The translations under genes and the position numbers were made by a program. Positions 1 through 14,640 of a stretch of DNA of 64,000 nt are shown in pieces; the stretch's first letter is position 1, and every line of letters begins with the position of its first letter. This stretch comes from Eledone cirrhosa (taxonomy: Eukaryota): contig OZ024751.1 in NCBI GenBank assembly GCA_964016885.1, positions 8,122,001-8,186,000 on the forward strand, read 5' to 3'. Below the pieces are notes generated by a model. That model was not told the DNA's origin. It saw nothing but the letters and a program-made list of their open reading frames with translations, and did not search any database.

Positions 1-68
1 AGTTTCAGAAGATCCCGTTAAGGGTGAAAGCAGCGATTCTTTGCTTAAACTTTAATCTGTTATTTTAA

Positions 69-70
<2 letters not shown>
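1..70 (+). mobile_element. PLE 3' terminus with HHR-like core, ending in (TA)n
   Basis: Matches 9505-9574, the 3' end of the Naiad PLE, at 69 of 70 positions. Contains CAGAAGA-tccc/ggg-GAAA and is followed by (TA)n. Confidence 0.85.
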
Positions 71-156
<86 letters not shown>

Positions 157-195
157 CACACACACACATACACACACACATACACAGAAGCACAT

Positions 196-229
<34 letters not shown>

Positions 230-238
230 GTGTGTGTG

Positions 239-288
<50 letters not shown>

Positions 289-297
289 TTGAGAGAG

Positions 298-690
298 ATG
301 GCAACGTAAATGGACCTGTTGTTTTTCTCTAAAAACATGTTCTAATTCCACCCCGCCTGTCCCTTTATTCTATCTAATTTATCATTCTTTCTTCTGATGA
401 ATAACTACCGTCGGAAACGTTAAGACCAGTATACAATATATTGACATATGATAATATTATACATACAATATTCTCAGTATGAGAGGAGTAAGAGCGATAT
501 TGCCAGAACTACCTTGGCGGCCTTGTGAAAACACCATAGAGGCGTCTTTCATATTCCCGGACACCTTCAGTAACGTTTATTCACTCGAATAAGAGACAGG
601 TATACACATCCGCTTATACATATATATTGTCTATGAAATAACTGCTTGACAATCTGGTAGTAATTAGCTACGTAATTACATACATACATA
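298..690 (+). mobile_element. Probable PLE 3' terminal stub between microsatellites
   Basis: Unique sequence bounded by simple repeats, with an HHR-like core at 390-425. Confidence 0.45.
390..425 (+). ncRNA. Minimal type I hammerhead ribozyme-like motif (weak stem II)
   Basis: tctt-CTGATGA-N13-GAAA-cgtt-aaga: stem I tctt/aaga and palindromic aacgtt stem III, typical of PLE HHRs. Confidence 0.55.
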
Positions 691-1023
691 CATACATTAC
701 ACATATATATATATATACCTATACATACGGTCGAGAGCTTATTCGATTTGTGGTATTTATGCAAATTTGTTGCATGGATTTACACATACTCAATTCATTT
801 GCCAACATCTGGGGTTTTTCACCTGTGAGTTACACATTTGATTTTACAAAACACTGTGTCATCCACAACACTGGCGCAGAACAAAATACCTGTTGATAAC
901 GTGATATTTCTCGTTCGATCATTATACCAAAAGTTTACTGTTTTAAGCAGACAGTATTATTGATTTAGGTGTCGCAGAAACACTGTACTGGATGATACTA
1001 TCAATTCCAAGGGTCCAGGTTTG

Positions 1024-3033
<2,010 letters not shown>

Positions 3034-3039
3034 TATATA

Positions 3040-3142
<103 letters not shown>

Positions 3143-3197
3143 TTATATATATATATATTTATATATATATATATATATACTTATATATATATATATT

Positions 3198-3276
<79 letters not shown>

Positions 3277-3329
3277 ATAACTCACTTGATAGTCGGAAGC
3301 CACCACGGATTTGTTCAATATGTTTCAAA

Positions 3330-4130
3330 GGAATATAAATTGAATATTTTATATGTATAATACAATTGTACATATTCAATTCAAGACAGATGTCATGTGA
3401 AATAGTTTCGATTGATAACGAAGAATTATTTATGATGTCCGAATTTAGTTCACACTTCTTTTCTCATATATTCCTTTTTTTATTTCATTTTGACTCAATT
3501 CACAGTGTTATTCTTATAATTTATTGTTCCAAATTCATGTACCTCTGTGACAGTTCCAAATAATTTCAGCTATAGAAATTAGGCACTATATGATTTACTA
3601 ATACTTCTACTATCTGTGGGTTATTAATGATTTAGACAATGCTATATGTTATATCAGATTCATTTATAACACATATCATAAGAGTTATCACATTATTAAA
3701 TATATTGCGATCCGCTCTGATATACATATTCTATGATTTTGAGGTATTTTGTTGATTGTTGTTTTTATATTGGCTTAGATATTTGAAATAACATTGACAG
3801 GAGAGTAGAATAGTTCGGAAGATACATGATCAATTACTCTGTCGTGGCTTGTATAATGCAGTATTATTTCTGAATGTTTCTCTAATCTTATTGATTTCAG
3901 TCAATTAATGTTTGCTTATTTTCCGGGAAAAGTCAGTAGAAAAGAGTGAGGCCTTATGAGTAACATGTGCTACTTATCAGATGTATGTTTGTTTTAAAAG
4001 TTTTCATCTAGAAACACAAACCTAAATTTGGTCGAATTAATACATCTGGGAATAAAAGTGCATTAGAGTATCTCTGTAGCTAGTATATATTATGTATAAT
4101 AATATATTTCATCAGGTTCTACCGTCTATA
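3330..4130 (-). mobile_element. Possible very old CR1/L2-like endonuclease remnant
   Basis: Only faint minus-strand motifs (ALYKP, IINNPQIV), with many stops. Confidence 0.2.
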
Positions 4131-5441
4131 ATATTTGTTAGAACATATTGGGAGGAATGTACATATTTATATGTAATGTGGACCTAAAGGTGTCAGTGAG
4201 CTTTTCTTAATAGTGATATCATTATAAAACAATTCTAGAAAACATAACATATAAAGGAAATGTAAAGGGAGAAAACACACTTTTAAGGCAATGTATCAAA
4301 ATTGATAAGAATGTTACGTTTTAGCCATTTATTATAGCGCAACTACGAACCACGGCCAATTAAAATCATATTAAATTTTGTTTATTCAGTAAGGCAAATA
4401 GAAAATGCCATGGTGATATAAGGTTTACATTGACGAACAGATTAAAATGACACGCATTTTCCCTTACGAAATGTAAAGTAAATTGAATCTAGAATGATGT
4501 GAAAAATATAATCCCTCGCCGCCAAACAACAATGATAATTGAAATATTAATAGTGAAGGTAATATAAACGTACCTAAGGTAGACATATGTCTACGTTCTT
4601 TATACACAAACATTACTAATATTAGCAATATAATTGAACGGAGGTTGTCTGGATATACGCCAACTCAATTATAGAAATATAGCGTTTAAATAATAAGTTA
4701 AGCCACATATGAGGTATGTATTGGTTTCTAATGCAAATCCTTCAAGAGTCTTTACGTCTGTATAAAATATGCACTCAAAATAACGATAGAATTACGACTC
4801 AATTAATAAGCCATAGACTATTCAGCAATCACTCTGTTTATAATTTTGATTTTCAACTCTAATCCTATCATAATTGAGTGGCTGACATTTTTGGAAACTG
4901 TGTCTGTCAATATGTCATAGAAAGAGAGTTACCATTAACGTTTAGTTTATAAATATACATTGCTCTAATAAACATATTAATGTGTATTAGAAATAGAAAT
5001 ATGAATATAAATCGATTTGCGTTATAAGGAAGAAAAAGTTCTCGATTCAAGCAACGTGTATTTTAAAGTAAGAAGTACTACTTGGCATGGCTTTAATTCA
5101 TTTTTAAGTATAGTATACTCATAAGGGAAAAGATATAGAACCCATGTTGTCCATCAGCGATTCTGCAAAGTGTGGTATGAGGGAATGTTTTTAGTAGGGA
5201 ATTTGAGAGATGAAAGAATTCAAATGTAACGTAAGGAATTAGCATGGATATGTATGAATATGGCTGCATGTCATACAGATATATAGTTTAAGTAACTTCA
5301 CATATCCGTGTATGTTTATCTGTATAGGTCTATGTGTATATGTACAATATATATTCACACACCCACTCACACGCACACAAACACACACAGACACACTACA
5401 CCCACACAAACGCATATATATATATATATGTGTGTGTGTGT

Positions 5442-6196
5442 ATAGTGGTGGAACACTGGAAGGTAATATCCGTAGTGGTAGAGCACTCAGTCCAAGGGAC
5501 GAGTTAGGTAGGAGTGGTTAAACAACAGTTAGTTGAGAACAATTGTGTCACCTTCGCGGATCTTCTGCTCGGGATGTGTATGGTTATAGGAACAGGAAGG
5601 ACAACCGTACGAAAGTGCATGCGCACAAACTCGGTCACACAGGCAATACTAGACTGCGTGCGGGAGGTGTAAGGGAGATAACTGCGAAAGTCCGGAAAGT
5701 TTTTAGGTTGAAAATAAAATTTAAAAAAATTAAAAATAAAATTACAAAGAATCAATCCCGAGCATTGTAGTTATGCAATAGATGTTTGGTGACGTGTGGA
5801 CAACGTATGAAAAATTAACTTCTCGTGTTTAGGCAATCACTATTGCGTAATCTCTTCAAAATAGTTATTCGTTCGTCAATACATAAGCCACACGTCGGAT
5901 TCCCCCTTTCATATGGTTTGGACTTAGTGATGGCTTTCCATTGAATGGAGTAGCCTATACTTGAGTCCTTGAGGGACCATACGTGGCTCGCGATTCTCGT
6001 GGATGAACGTCTGTCCGGTAGACTGGTGGTTCAGGAAACGCTCCTTGAATCGGCCCTCCGCCATGCCCACATAGGATTTGACCTCCTGTGGTTCGTTTGG
6101 TCGGTTGGAAGTGACCACAGTTTCATAGATTACAGCTGGTCTGTTTCATTGCTGTTGAAGGGGGCAAGTTTCAGGCTTACGGCAAGTGCACCCTGA
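5442..6196 (-). mobile_element. Naiad-type PLE 3' fragment (Zn knuckle, GIY-YIG, 3' UTR, HHR)
   Basis: Translates as CTCRKPETCPLQQQ*NRPAVIY...SYVGMAEGRFKERFLNH...CGLCIDE...LNTRS*FFIRCPH. Degenerate HHR at 5535-5570. Same terminus occurs at 43438. Confidence 0.9.
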
Positions 6197-6201
6197 TATA
6201 T

Positions 6202-6279
<78 letters not shown>

Positions 6280-6282
6280 GAG

Positions 6283-6480
6283 AATGTGTAACCCCGACGG
6301 CAGAGTTCAACCCGTTTCGACGGCTATTTCTGGACACTGAGTCCAGAAATTGCTGTCAAAACGGCTTAAGCTCTACCGTCGGAGTTAAACATTTTCCTAT
6401 TACCAACTGTTCTATACTAAGTATTGAGTACTCTGGTGCATTATGGTCCATCTGGTTCCTTACCACACTTCCTGCGTTAT
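6283..6480 (+). mobile_element. Hairpin PLE-terminal stub, family H copy 1
   Basis: Palindrome 6283-6393 plus a tail of about 90 bp shared with copies at 37345, 44956 and 55759. (TA)n on both sides. Confidence 0.8.
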
Positions 6481-6511
6481 ATATATATATATAGTACTCA
6501 ATATTTCACCC

Positions 6512-6598
6512 CGACTTCGGTGAAATCGGATCGAGGAAACAATGTTTCCATTGGTCTTTCCAGTTGGTAATACTATCTATCGGTCGCAACTCCAGGTA

Positions 6599-6678
<80 letters not shown>

Positions 6679-6762
6679 TAGATAGTATTACCGATAGATA
6701 GTATTACCAACTGGAAAGACCAATGGAAACATTGTTTCCTCGATCCGATTTCACCAAAGTCG
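6512..6762. repeat. Inverted repeat (about 72-bp arms) around a (TA)n tract
   Basis: 6512-6583 is the reverse complement of 6690-6762 with 1 mismatch. Confidence 0.95.
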
Positions 6763-6784
6763 TTCTATTAAGGATTCTAATGCC

Positions 6785-8582
6785 TTGCACGTCCATTCCG
6801 ACAAAACTGGCAACGTATATCAAGTGGAGCGCAGTACTTACCATCAACTACTACATAATGCTGTAACTAAGGATTACCGTAAAACTAATCGGTGCGTCAT
6901 CAATGAAATCAACGATGCTGGGTTTAAAATCACATCTGATCTCAACATCCTGGACCGGACCGAACCTCTGGACCCTATTTCTCCCCACTTTACCCTGAAG
7001 GATCACACATCCAATTTTCCGAACAACCCCTCTATTCGGCTTATTAACCCTACGAAGTCCGATTTAGGTAGACTTAGTAAAACGACTCTTGATAGAATTA
7101 TACCTGAAATTAGAAGTTTGGCCCCTCTTGCACTGTGGAACAATTCTTTCGCGGTGATTGATTGGTTCAACGGCATATGGAACAAGGAACATTGCCGTTT
7201 TATCCAATTCGACATCAACAATTACTACTCCTCCATCACTTTACCACTTCTCCTTAGAGCTATCAATTTCGCTAAAACACTCACAGTGGTTAAGGATTTC
7301 GAAGTTGATGTCATCCTCAATGCCCGAAAGTCAGTGATTAATTTCGACGACTCTATTTGGATTAAAAAATCCAATAGTACCCCATTCGACGTGAGTATGG
7401 ACGCCAGTGATTCTGCGGAGGTTACTGATCTTATTGGCCTTTTCCTTCTTTTCTCTATCAAGGACGAATTCCCCAACGCGGGAGGTGGTTTGTACCGTGA
7501 CGATGGTCTTTTGACCATGACTAAGTGCGGACCTCGTGGTTGCGACAGGTTCAGAAAAGAACTCACAGCCTTCTTTAAAGGCTTCAACCTCTCTATACAG
7601 GTTGAGGCCAATCTCTCGGTCGTTAATTACCTCGACGTTACCCTCAATTTATTGAATGGGTTGTATTATCCGTATAGAAAGCCGAATGATACGCTAAATT
7701 ACATAAGTAAGCATTCCAACCATGCTGCCAGCATAACCAAGAACCTGGTAAGAAACGTTTCGTTGAGGCTTTCCCGTCTTTCCACCAACGGGCGTATTTT
7801 CGGCGACCATTCCACTTATTACAACGAAGCTCTTGCTCGAAGTGGATTTGTCGATAAGGTAGCATATACAGAGTACGAAAATAGACTTAGAAGTAATAGA
7901 CCCCGTCGCATTTGTTGGTATAACCCACCATATAATATGGAGGTGGCCACACCATTAGCTAAGATCTTTCTTTCCCTTATTACGAAGCATTTTACCCTAC
8001 ACATAAACATAGTAACATTTTTAATAGAAATACTATTAAAATTTCTTACTCTACGACTACCTTGCACATAACATCACAGCTTCAAATTTAGCTAAACTAC
8101 CTAACCGTAGGAACACGTGCAATCTTGTAGTTAGTACTAACTGTAATTGTAGGAATCAGGCTGATTGCCCCCTATCCGGGAAATGCCTCTCTAGTAACAT
8201 TCTCTACAAATGTAAGGCTGTAACACCCAAATCCCATAGGGCCTACATAGGGTTAACCGCCAATAGTTTCAAGCAGCGGCTTTACTTGGATACCCATTCT
8301 TATCGTTACCCTCTAAGAAGGAATATGACATCACTTTCAGCTTATATCTGGAGTCTAAAAGACAACCACACCCAATATAAGTTACACTGGGAGATCCTAG
8401 CTAGGGCTAGATCGTATAACGGGAATAAAAGACCATGTGACCTCTGCGCCGCTGATGCCCTGGAAATACTCTACGCCACAGACCACATCTTAAACGAAAG
8501 ATCTGAGGCAATTTCGGCTTGTAAACATAAATTGCACAAGACCTTCCTGTATTACAGACCCACGTTATACCCTAACGGTTAG
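6785..8582 (+). pseudogene. PLE reverse transcriptase / GIY-YIG endonuclease ORF, frameshifted near 8000-8070
   Basis: Motifs DKTGN, TLKDH..NFPNNP..RLINP, FIQFDI, GLYRDDGL, NYLDV, WYNPPY, then CNCRNQADCPLSGKC, AYIGLT, CDLC, LNERSE..SACKH. Confidence 0.92.
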
Positions 8583-9157
8583 TACTATCTATACGTGGAT
8601 ATTTTACGTCTTGATGTGGGATCTAAGTATATGTTTTGTTTATACATTTACTTATTTGCATAGGCAAGTATATTTTACCCGTATGTTTTGTGAAGGTACG
8701 TATACCTTCTCGTACGTATATTTGATTGTTTTGGCTTATAATTTTATATATTCTGGTACATATGGTTTGGCTATGTGTATACGGGAGTTTTGCGTCTGTG
8801 TGAGTATGCAGGTTCGTACGTATGGGGGGTGTGTGCATATGTGTACTTCATGTTTTGGTTGACTTACGTCTCCGAACATTCGTGTATTTATATGTAGGTA
8901 TCTGTGTGCGCTTGTTATATACGTATTTATTTATTTATATACGTTTATATAATTATTTATTTATTTGTATATACGCATACACACACATATTTATATGTGC
9001 GGGGTTTTGTATACCTATGGTAAGTTTTTGCGTATGCTTGTGTATGTACGTATTTGTTTGCGTGTATGTATTTATTTATTTCTATTACTTCTGTATTGTA
9101 TTTTACTTTGTTCTTAACTCTGTAGCTGAGATTCATTTGGTCTCCTAGTTATAATCT

Positions 9158-9430
9158 TAGTCTACGACTTCTGCTATACCCTTTACGTGGTTTTGTCTTT
9201 GCGTGCTATTGTTCTCCACGCTCCACATATAACGTATTATCTTCGTTTTTTCGTTCATTGCCAGAGAACGTCTCTATGCACCACCTAAGAGAACATTAGT
9301 CTACGACCTCTTTTATACCATAAACGTGGTTCTGTCTTTGCGTGTAATTGTTTTTCACCGCTCCTATTAATGACGTATTATATTCGTTTTTTCCCGTTCT
9401 TTGCCAGCGAACGTTTCCACGAACCAAAGT
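9158..9430 (+). repeat. Two-copy tandem duplication (about 139 bp) in the PLE 3' UTR
   Basis: Units begin tagtctacgac at 9158 and 9297. Confidence 0.85.
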
Positions 9431-9566
9431 ATCATCTTCCTGTCTTCCTCCGGTTGCAACGTTTTTTTAAACATCCAGTTCTGCGTTTACAGATTGACTT
9501 TGTTAGTTTCAGAAGATCCCGTTAAGGGTGAAAGCAGCGATTCCTTGCTTAAACTTTAATCTGTTA

Positions 9567-9637
<71 letters not shown>

Positions 9638-9717
9638 CTATGTATGTATATTCACACACATATATATATATACACACACATATACATACTTACATATCTA
9701 ATTCTAATGTGTGTCTT

Positions 9718-9980
9718 AAGCCATAAGGCTCCTTTGGCCGGAGCTTAACCCGGTTTCCTGGGCTGAAGCGACTGAGAGTACAAGACTCCCCTCTGGACAG
9801 GACACCAGTCTATCGCAAGGTTAAACTCCCACGTATTGCTGGTACTCATTTTCACCTGAGTATACTGGAGCAACGTGAAATAAAGTGTTTTGCTCAAGCA
9901 CACAACACGCGACACAAGAATCGAGCCCACGACCTAATGATCGTAATTCCAACGCCCTTAACACTAGATCCCGTGCCCCC
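9718..9980 (-). mobile_element. tRNA-derived SINE with V-domain-like core
   Basis: A/B box-like head followed by gatagactggtgtcctgtccagagggg. Confidence 0.8.
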
Positions 9981-10519
9981 ACTGCTATGTAAAGAAGCAC
10001 TGTAATTCTTGAGTGTAAAACTCATAGGCATCAATCATTGTTATATTTCGACCTTCAAAACCATCACACTATACGGGACGCACGGAACAAACATGATCAT
10101 TTGTAAGATGATTATAAAAGTGATAATATCATAATGTTTGTTATGAAGTAGCTATAGATGTAGTTAGGGCAATGTGTGTTTTAAAATGTTACAACATATT
10201 GTATAACCATTCTATGCAATTTCATTTAGACATTTTTATTTTAAGCAACATTTAATTTACTCAAAACAGTGAAATCTACTCGTCTTTACTTTCCTTGGCT
10301 CTTAAACAATAACAATTTAATATTTAGTAAAATAGAAAGCATAATATTCCACTCTTATGCTTTACTCGAATGTTATTCGAACATCAAATATCGGAAGGTT
10401 TCCTAACTGGTAACCTTCATTTCAAAGAACTTTATTGCCTTTTCGTTTTAGATATCTGTACATATAAACTATCAATCACCATGGGAAAAGATATTAGATT
10501 TTAAAGAACAGTGTGCATA

Positions 10520-10579
<60 letters not shown>

Positions 10580-10589
10580 ATGTATAAAT

Positions 10590-10795
<206 letters not shown>

Positions 10796-10820
10796 ATATA
10801 TATATACATACGTATGTATG

Positions 10821-10852
<32 letters not shown>

Positions 10853-13800
10853 TATGAGTGTGTATGTGTGCGTGTGTGGGGGGAATAAATAGCTAAAATA
10901 TACATTACAATATACACAGTTATGTATTGCGTTCTAAAAGGTATTATGTACCAACTTGCCAGTATTTTCGTATAATTTTATCAAGATCAATAGTTACAGA
11001 AGTTGCAGTAGTATTAGTATAAGAGAGGGAAATCAATGCTTGCAAGAATGCTTCCAATCACCGAGAAATCAATATTATCGATTCTAGCCGGGGCGTATTG
11101 ATTTTTCTATCGCATCACAGTGAATAGATATATATATAAATGTACAACCCTTCTTTTACTCTTTTATTTCCATAAAGAATTATGTGAATGAGAATGCAGC
11201 AATTATTTACGAAGATGGAAACTGTTGCTTTGACAACGCGTATCTAACAACTAAGTATTCTAAATATATGTTGTAAGGCTATCTTGGTAACACACAGAAT
11301 TGAATGCAAAAATCAACCTTGAATGGGGAAATCTGCAACGGAGCAGCTATTCATCTTGGGTATTGCCATTCGTCTAGGTTAAGAGGATTTCAAACATGAC
11401 TTACACGAATCATTTATTAAAGATCGATACTATCATGCAATCCCTTTTCACTCTAAATGCCACCCGTGTTTTCCAAATGTATGTGATTGTCTTTTAATCA
11501 ATATGCGTCTATGTCTAAAAACGAAAGATACATAATTACGATGTGAAAAAATAGTTAATTCGTTTGTAGACAGCAATCCAATAACCATCAAGTGATTGCC
11601 CCATTGATTTATTTTGTTATCCAGAATTCAGATTAATTAAAATATGATGGAAAGTTCTAAGTATAAATCTAGCGTTCTGCTAGAGATGTATATGAAAGCA
11701 TATACGATACTTTTATGTATAAATCTAACCTTGCGCTCTTCATATTACTTTGAACATAGTCTACATTTATCCAATCAAATATGCAATGTATGTTTGTTTC
11801 AAATTCCTAGTGAAATGTTGCTGAAAATAGCTGAAATGAACAAATTTATTTCATCGATTTTACTCATCAAAAGAAAAATGATTTCCTAATTATTTATTAT
11901 CTGTACACTGCTGTAAGCATTCTGTTTATTATTTGTGTAAGAAAAGTAAGACAAAACCGAACAAATATCCCCTCTAGTTAAATCACTCAAATTACTTCAG
12001 TTGATATATGCAATCTCTCAGTCAGTCACATTGTCAAGATTTGTCATTAGTAACAAACACAATAATTGTTACTATTTCACAATCAATCCGCCATTTTATC
12101 TAATTCCAAAGTTAAATTTAATGAGTTATTGCAAATTGAACATTTGTATTTTATTTTCGTTTTCGTTTTTTTTCCTAGTGTGTTCTATATTTATATAATC
12201 TCAGTAAAATGAGTAATTTTAATGAAATATTTCAGATTTCACAGGGATTACTATAAAATCTATATTACTACGTTTTCGAAAAAAATCAATGATTTTCGGT
12301 GGTAGTATCGTAGATCATAGGCAATGAAGCTACTGCCTGTACGATATTACCATCTTCTATCCATGTTTTGATTTGAATATGTAGGATATTGTTAATCCCT
12401 CTTTACAATCTGAAATACCGACAGTAAATTTTACTTCACTAACCACTGACGGATGGGGAATGTTATAGGAAAGTTTATACTATCGGCTCGGCTACCCCGA
12501 ATATTTATTGTCCGTCTCAACTATAGAATAAAGAGGTTTTCACTGAAATTCAGTCATATATATATATATACTAATGTATCATTTCATATATATATATATA
12601 TAAACATATATATATATATATTTCGATGTGTTCCTCGGTGTCGTTGTAAGCAACAGCTAATCATCTGAACATATCACATTCCTGAATGTTTCTAATCATT
12701 GTCAGTGAGAAAATATACGTTTGAAGTAAGAAAAATCGAATACGATATGAGATACTTAAAGAGATTTCATTCTTTGAACCTATCATGCTTCAAGTACGAT
12801 TAATTGATACACCGGGAAGAGATAATTGATATATTGAACCAGGGATTTCCTCTATATCTTCTATACGATTAGAAATATATTTCTTATAGAATTCATATGC
12901 GATATGTGTAAATCAGTATATATTTCCATAGAGACAGGACCAGGGATATATATATCTAAATAGTTTCCGAAACGTAAATATATTAGTTATAATCGTTATG
13001 GCATTACAGAGAACAAAGAGAGAACCCACCCTTACATCATTTGATGTGATACCAACTCAATGATAACGATTATTTGTATGTTATCATTTTTTATTCGATT
13101 TCTCGACAAAAGAACACAACTGCATCAACAAAATATCACCTACGTAATACATCTGACAGCTAGAAATAGCAGTCCAATCTCTTCCTTGGGCATAATCAAG
13201 TTCTATATACATAAACGAATGGTTAGTAATCACAGCTATATTTACCTTGTGCAGCGGATAGATGATTCTGGGATAGCATGAATGCAAACATATCTCGGTT
13301 TTCAACGACCTATCTACGAATTAAGCGGTATATCTATGTTTTTCTTATATATATATATAGTTTATAATGATATAGAATTCTGAAATTTATATCTAAGTAA
13401 TTCCATTATGTACCACTATTCAGACAGTGAGAGGACAGAAAATATAAACAATAACATTCTTTACCTCATAAAATAAGAAAGACAAAAACAACAACAATCT
13501 AATATATCATATTAACGAATGTAAGTATATATTTAGTATATCAATAAGCATTGTTCTTTTTACTGCTAAACTTTATTTTCTATTGCAAATTATATTACTC
13601 ACAGAGTGTCATTATAACTATTTCAAATGACTGAATATTATTGATTATCATAGAAACTAATACAAGAGGAGTGAATGAGATATTATCATTAATACATTTT
13701 TTTCAGTTATAGATGATACATGCAGTTGCTGCTCTTATTATTGCAGAATAATTATTGTAGGCATTTGCTACACCTCTTTCCAAACGTATACTTAATTTCA

Positions 13801-13971
13801 GAATATGTTATATCTGTTGATCTATATACCGAATTCTTTAAAAAATTCGTATTTGCTAAATCGTGTCTGTTGATTGCAATTTGCTAGAATTAACTATTTC
13901 TTGAACCTAGCTGCAAAAACCTACATTATTACAAAACATTCATTTATCCTCATCGTTTTTGTTTCCTGCAG

Positions 13972-14001
13972 ATTGTTTGCTCTATAGGAAGGAAACTGTT
14001 G
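13972..14001 (+). other. Possible 30-nt microexon
   Basis: Good acceptor tttttgtttcctgcag; weak donor GTAAAA; length is a multiple of 3. Confidence 0.15.
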
Positions 14002-14059
14002 GTAAAAATGCGAGGTTTCTTTTTCTGAGAGAGTATTCCAGTCACGCTTTTCCATGGAA

Positions 14060-14364
14060 GATTTCAGTAGGCACTAGGCCTGTAATTTGCAGGTACAACC
14101 ATTCGTAGGCTCCTATATTATAATATCTGATTCAGGCAACTAACTAACCAATCTTGGGGAGGGGAAAGTCGATTACATCGCCGCCAGTATGTTACAGGTA
14201 CTTTACTTTAACGACCCCGTTAAAAAGCCAATCCTAACACCAATCCTAACACCGTAGGATTTGAAAGCCAATACTAACACCGTTAGGATTTGAACTCAGA
14301 AAGTAAAGGGAAGTAACGCTATGTGACAAAGCATGTTGTCTTCACATTGCTAATATATCGCCTT
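14060..14364 (-). mobile_element. Octopus-type tRNA SINE with small internal duplications
   Basis: ggatttgaactcaga (reverse-complement B box) and the conserved SINE core. Confidence 0.7.
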
Positions 14365-14640
14365 ATGTAATACATATGATTTAACGACCATTATTCCATC
14401 TTGGCAGCTCACTCTCTAAAACAACATCAGTAAATCGGATACAAATAATGTTATGCTCTGCGTTAAAAAATTTAAGTGAGTGGTTCTGACTGGATGATAT
14501 CTGGTCCTAAATGTTCAACTTAACCAATACATTAGCCTGACTATTGATGTCAGCGTTATTGATGGTAGATATGGTCCTGTTTTGGTACCTCTTCCAGCTG
14601 TTTTCTGATATTACTTATCCACTCAGCGTTGTGGTTCACA

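Larger units (their letters stand above)
6763..9574 (+). mobile_element. Naiad-type Penelope-like retroelement, 5'-truncated
   Basis: RT plus GIY-YIG coding region, long 3' UTR, HHR-like terminus, ending in (TA)n. Confidence 0.93.
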
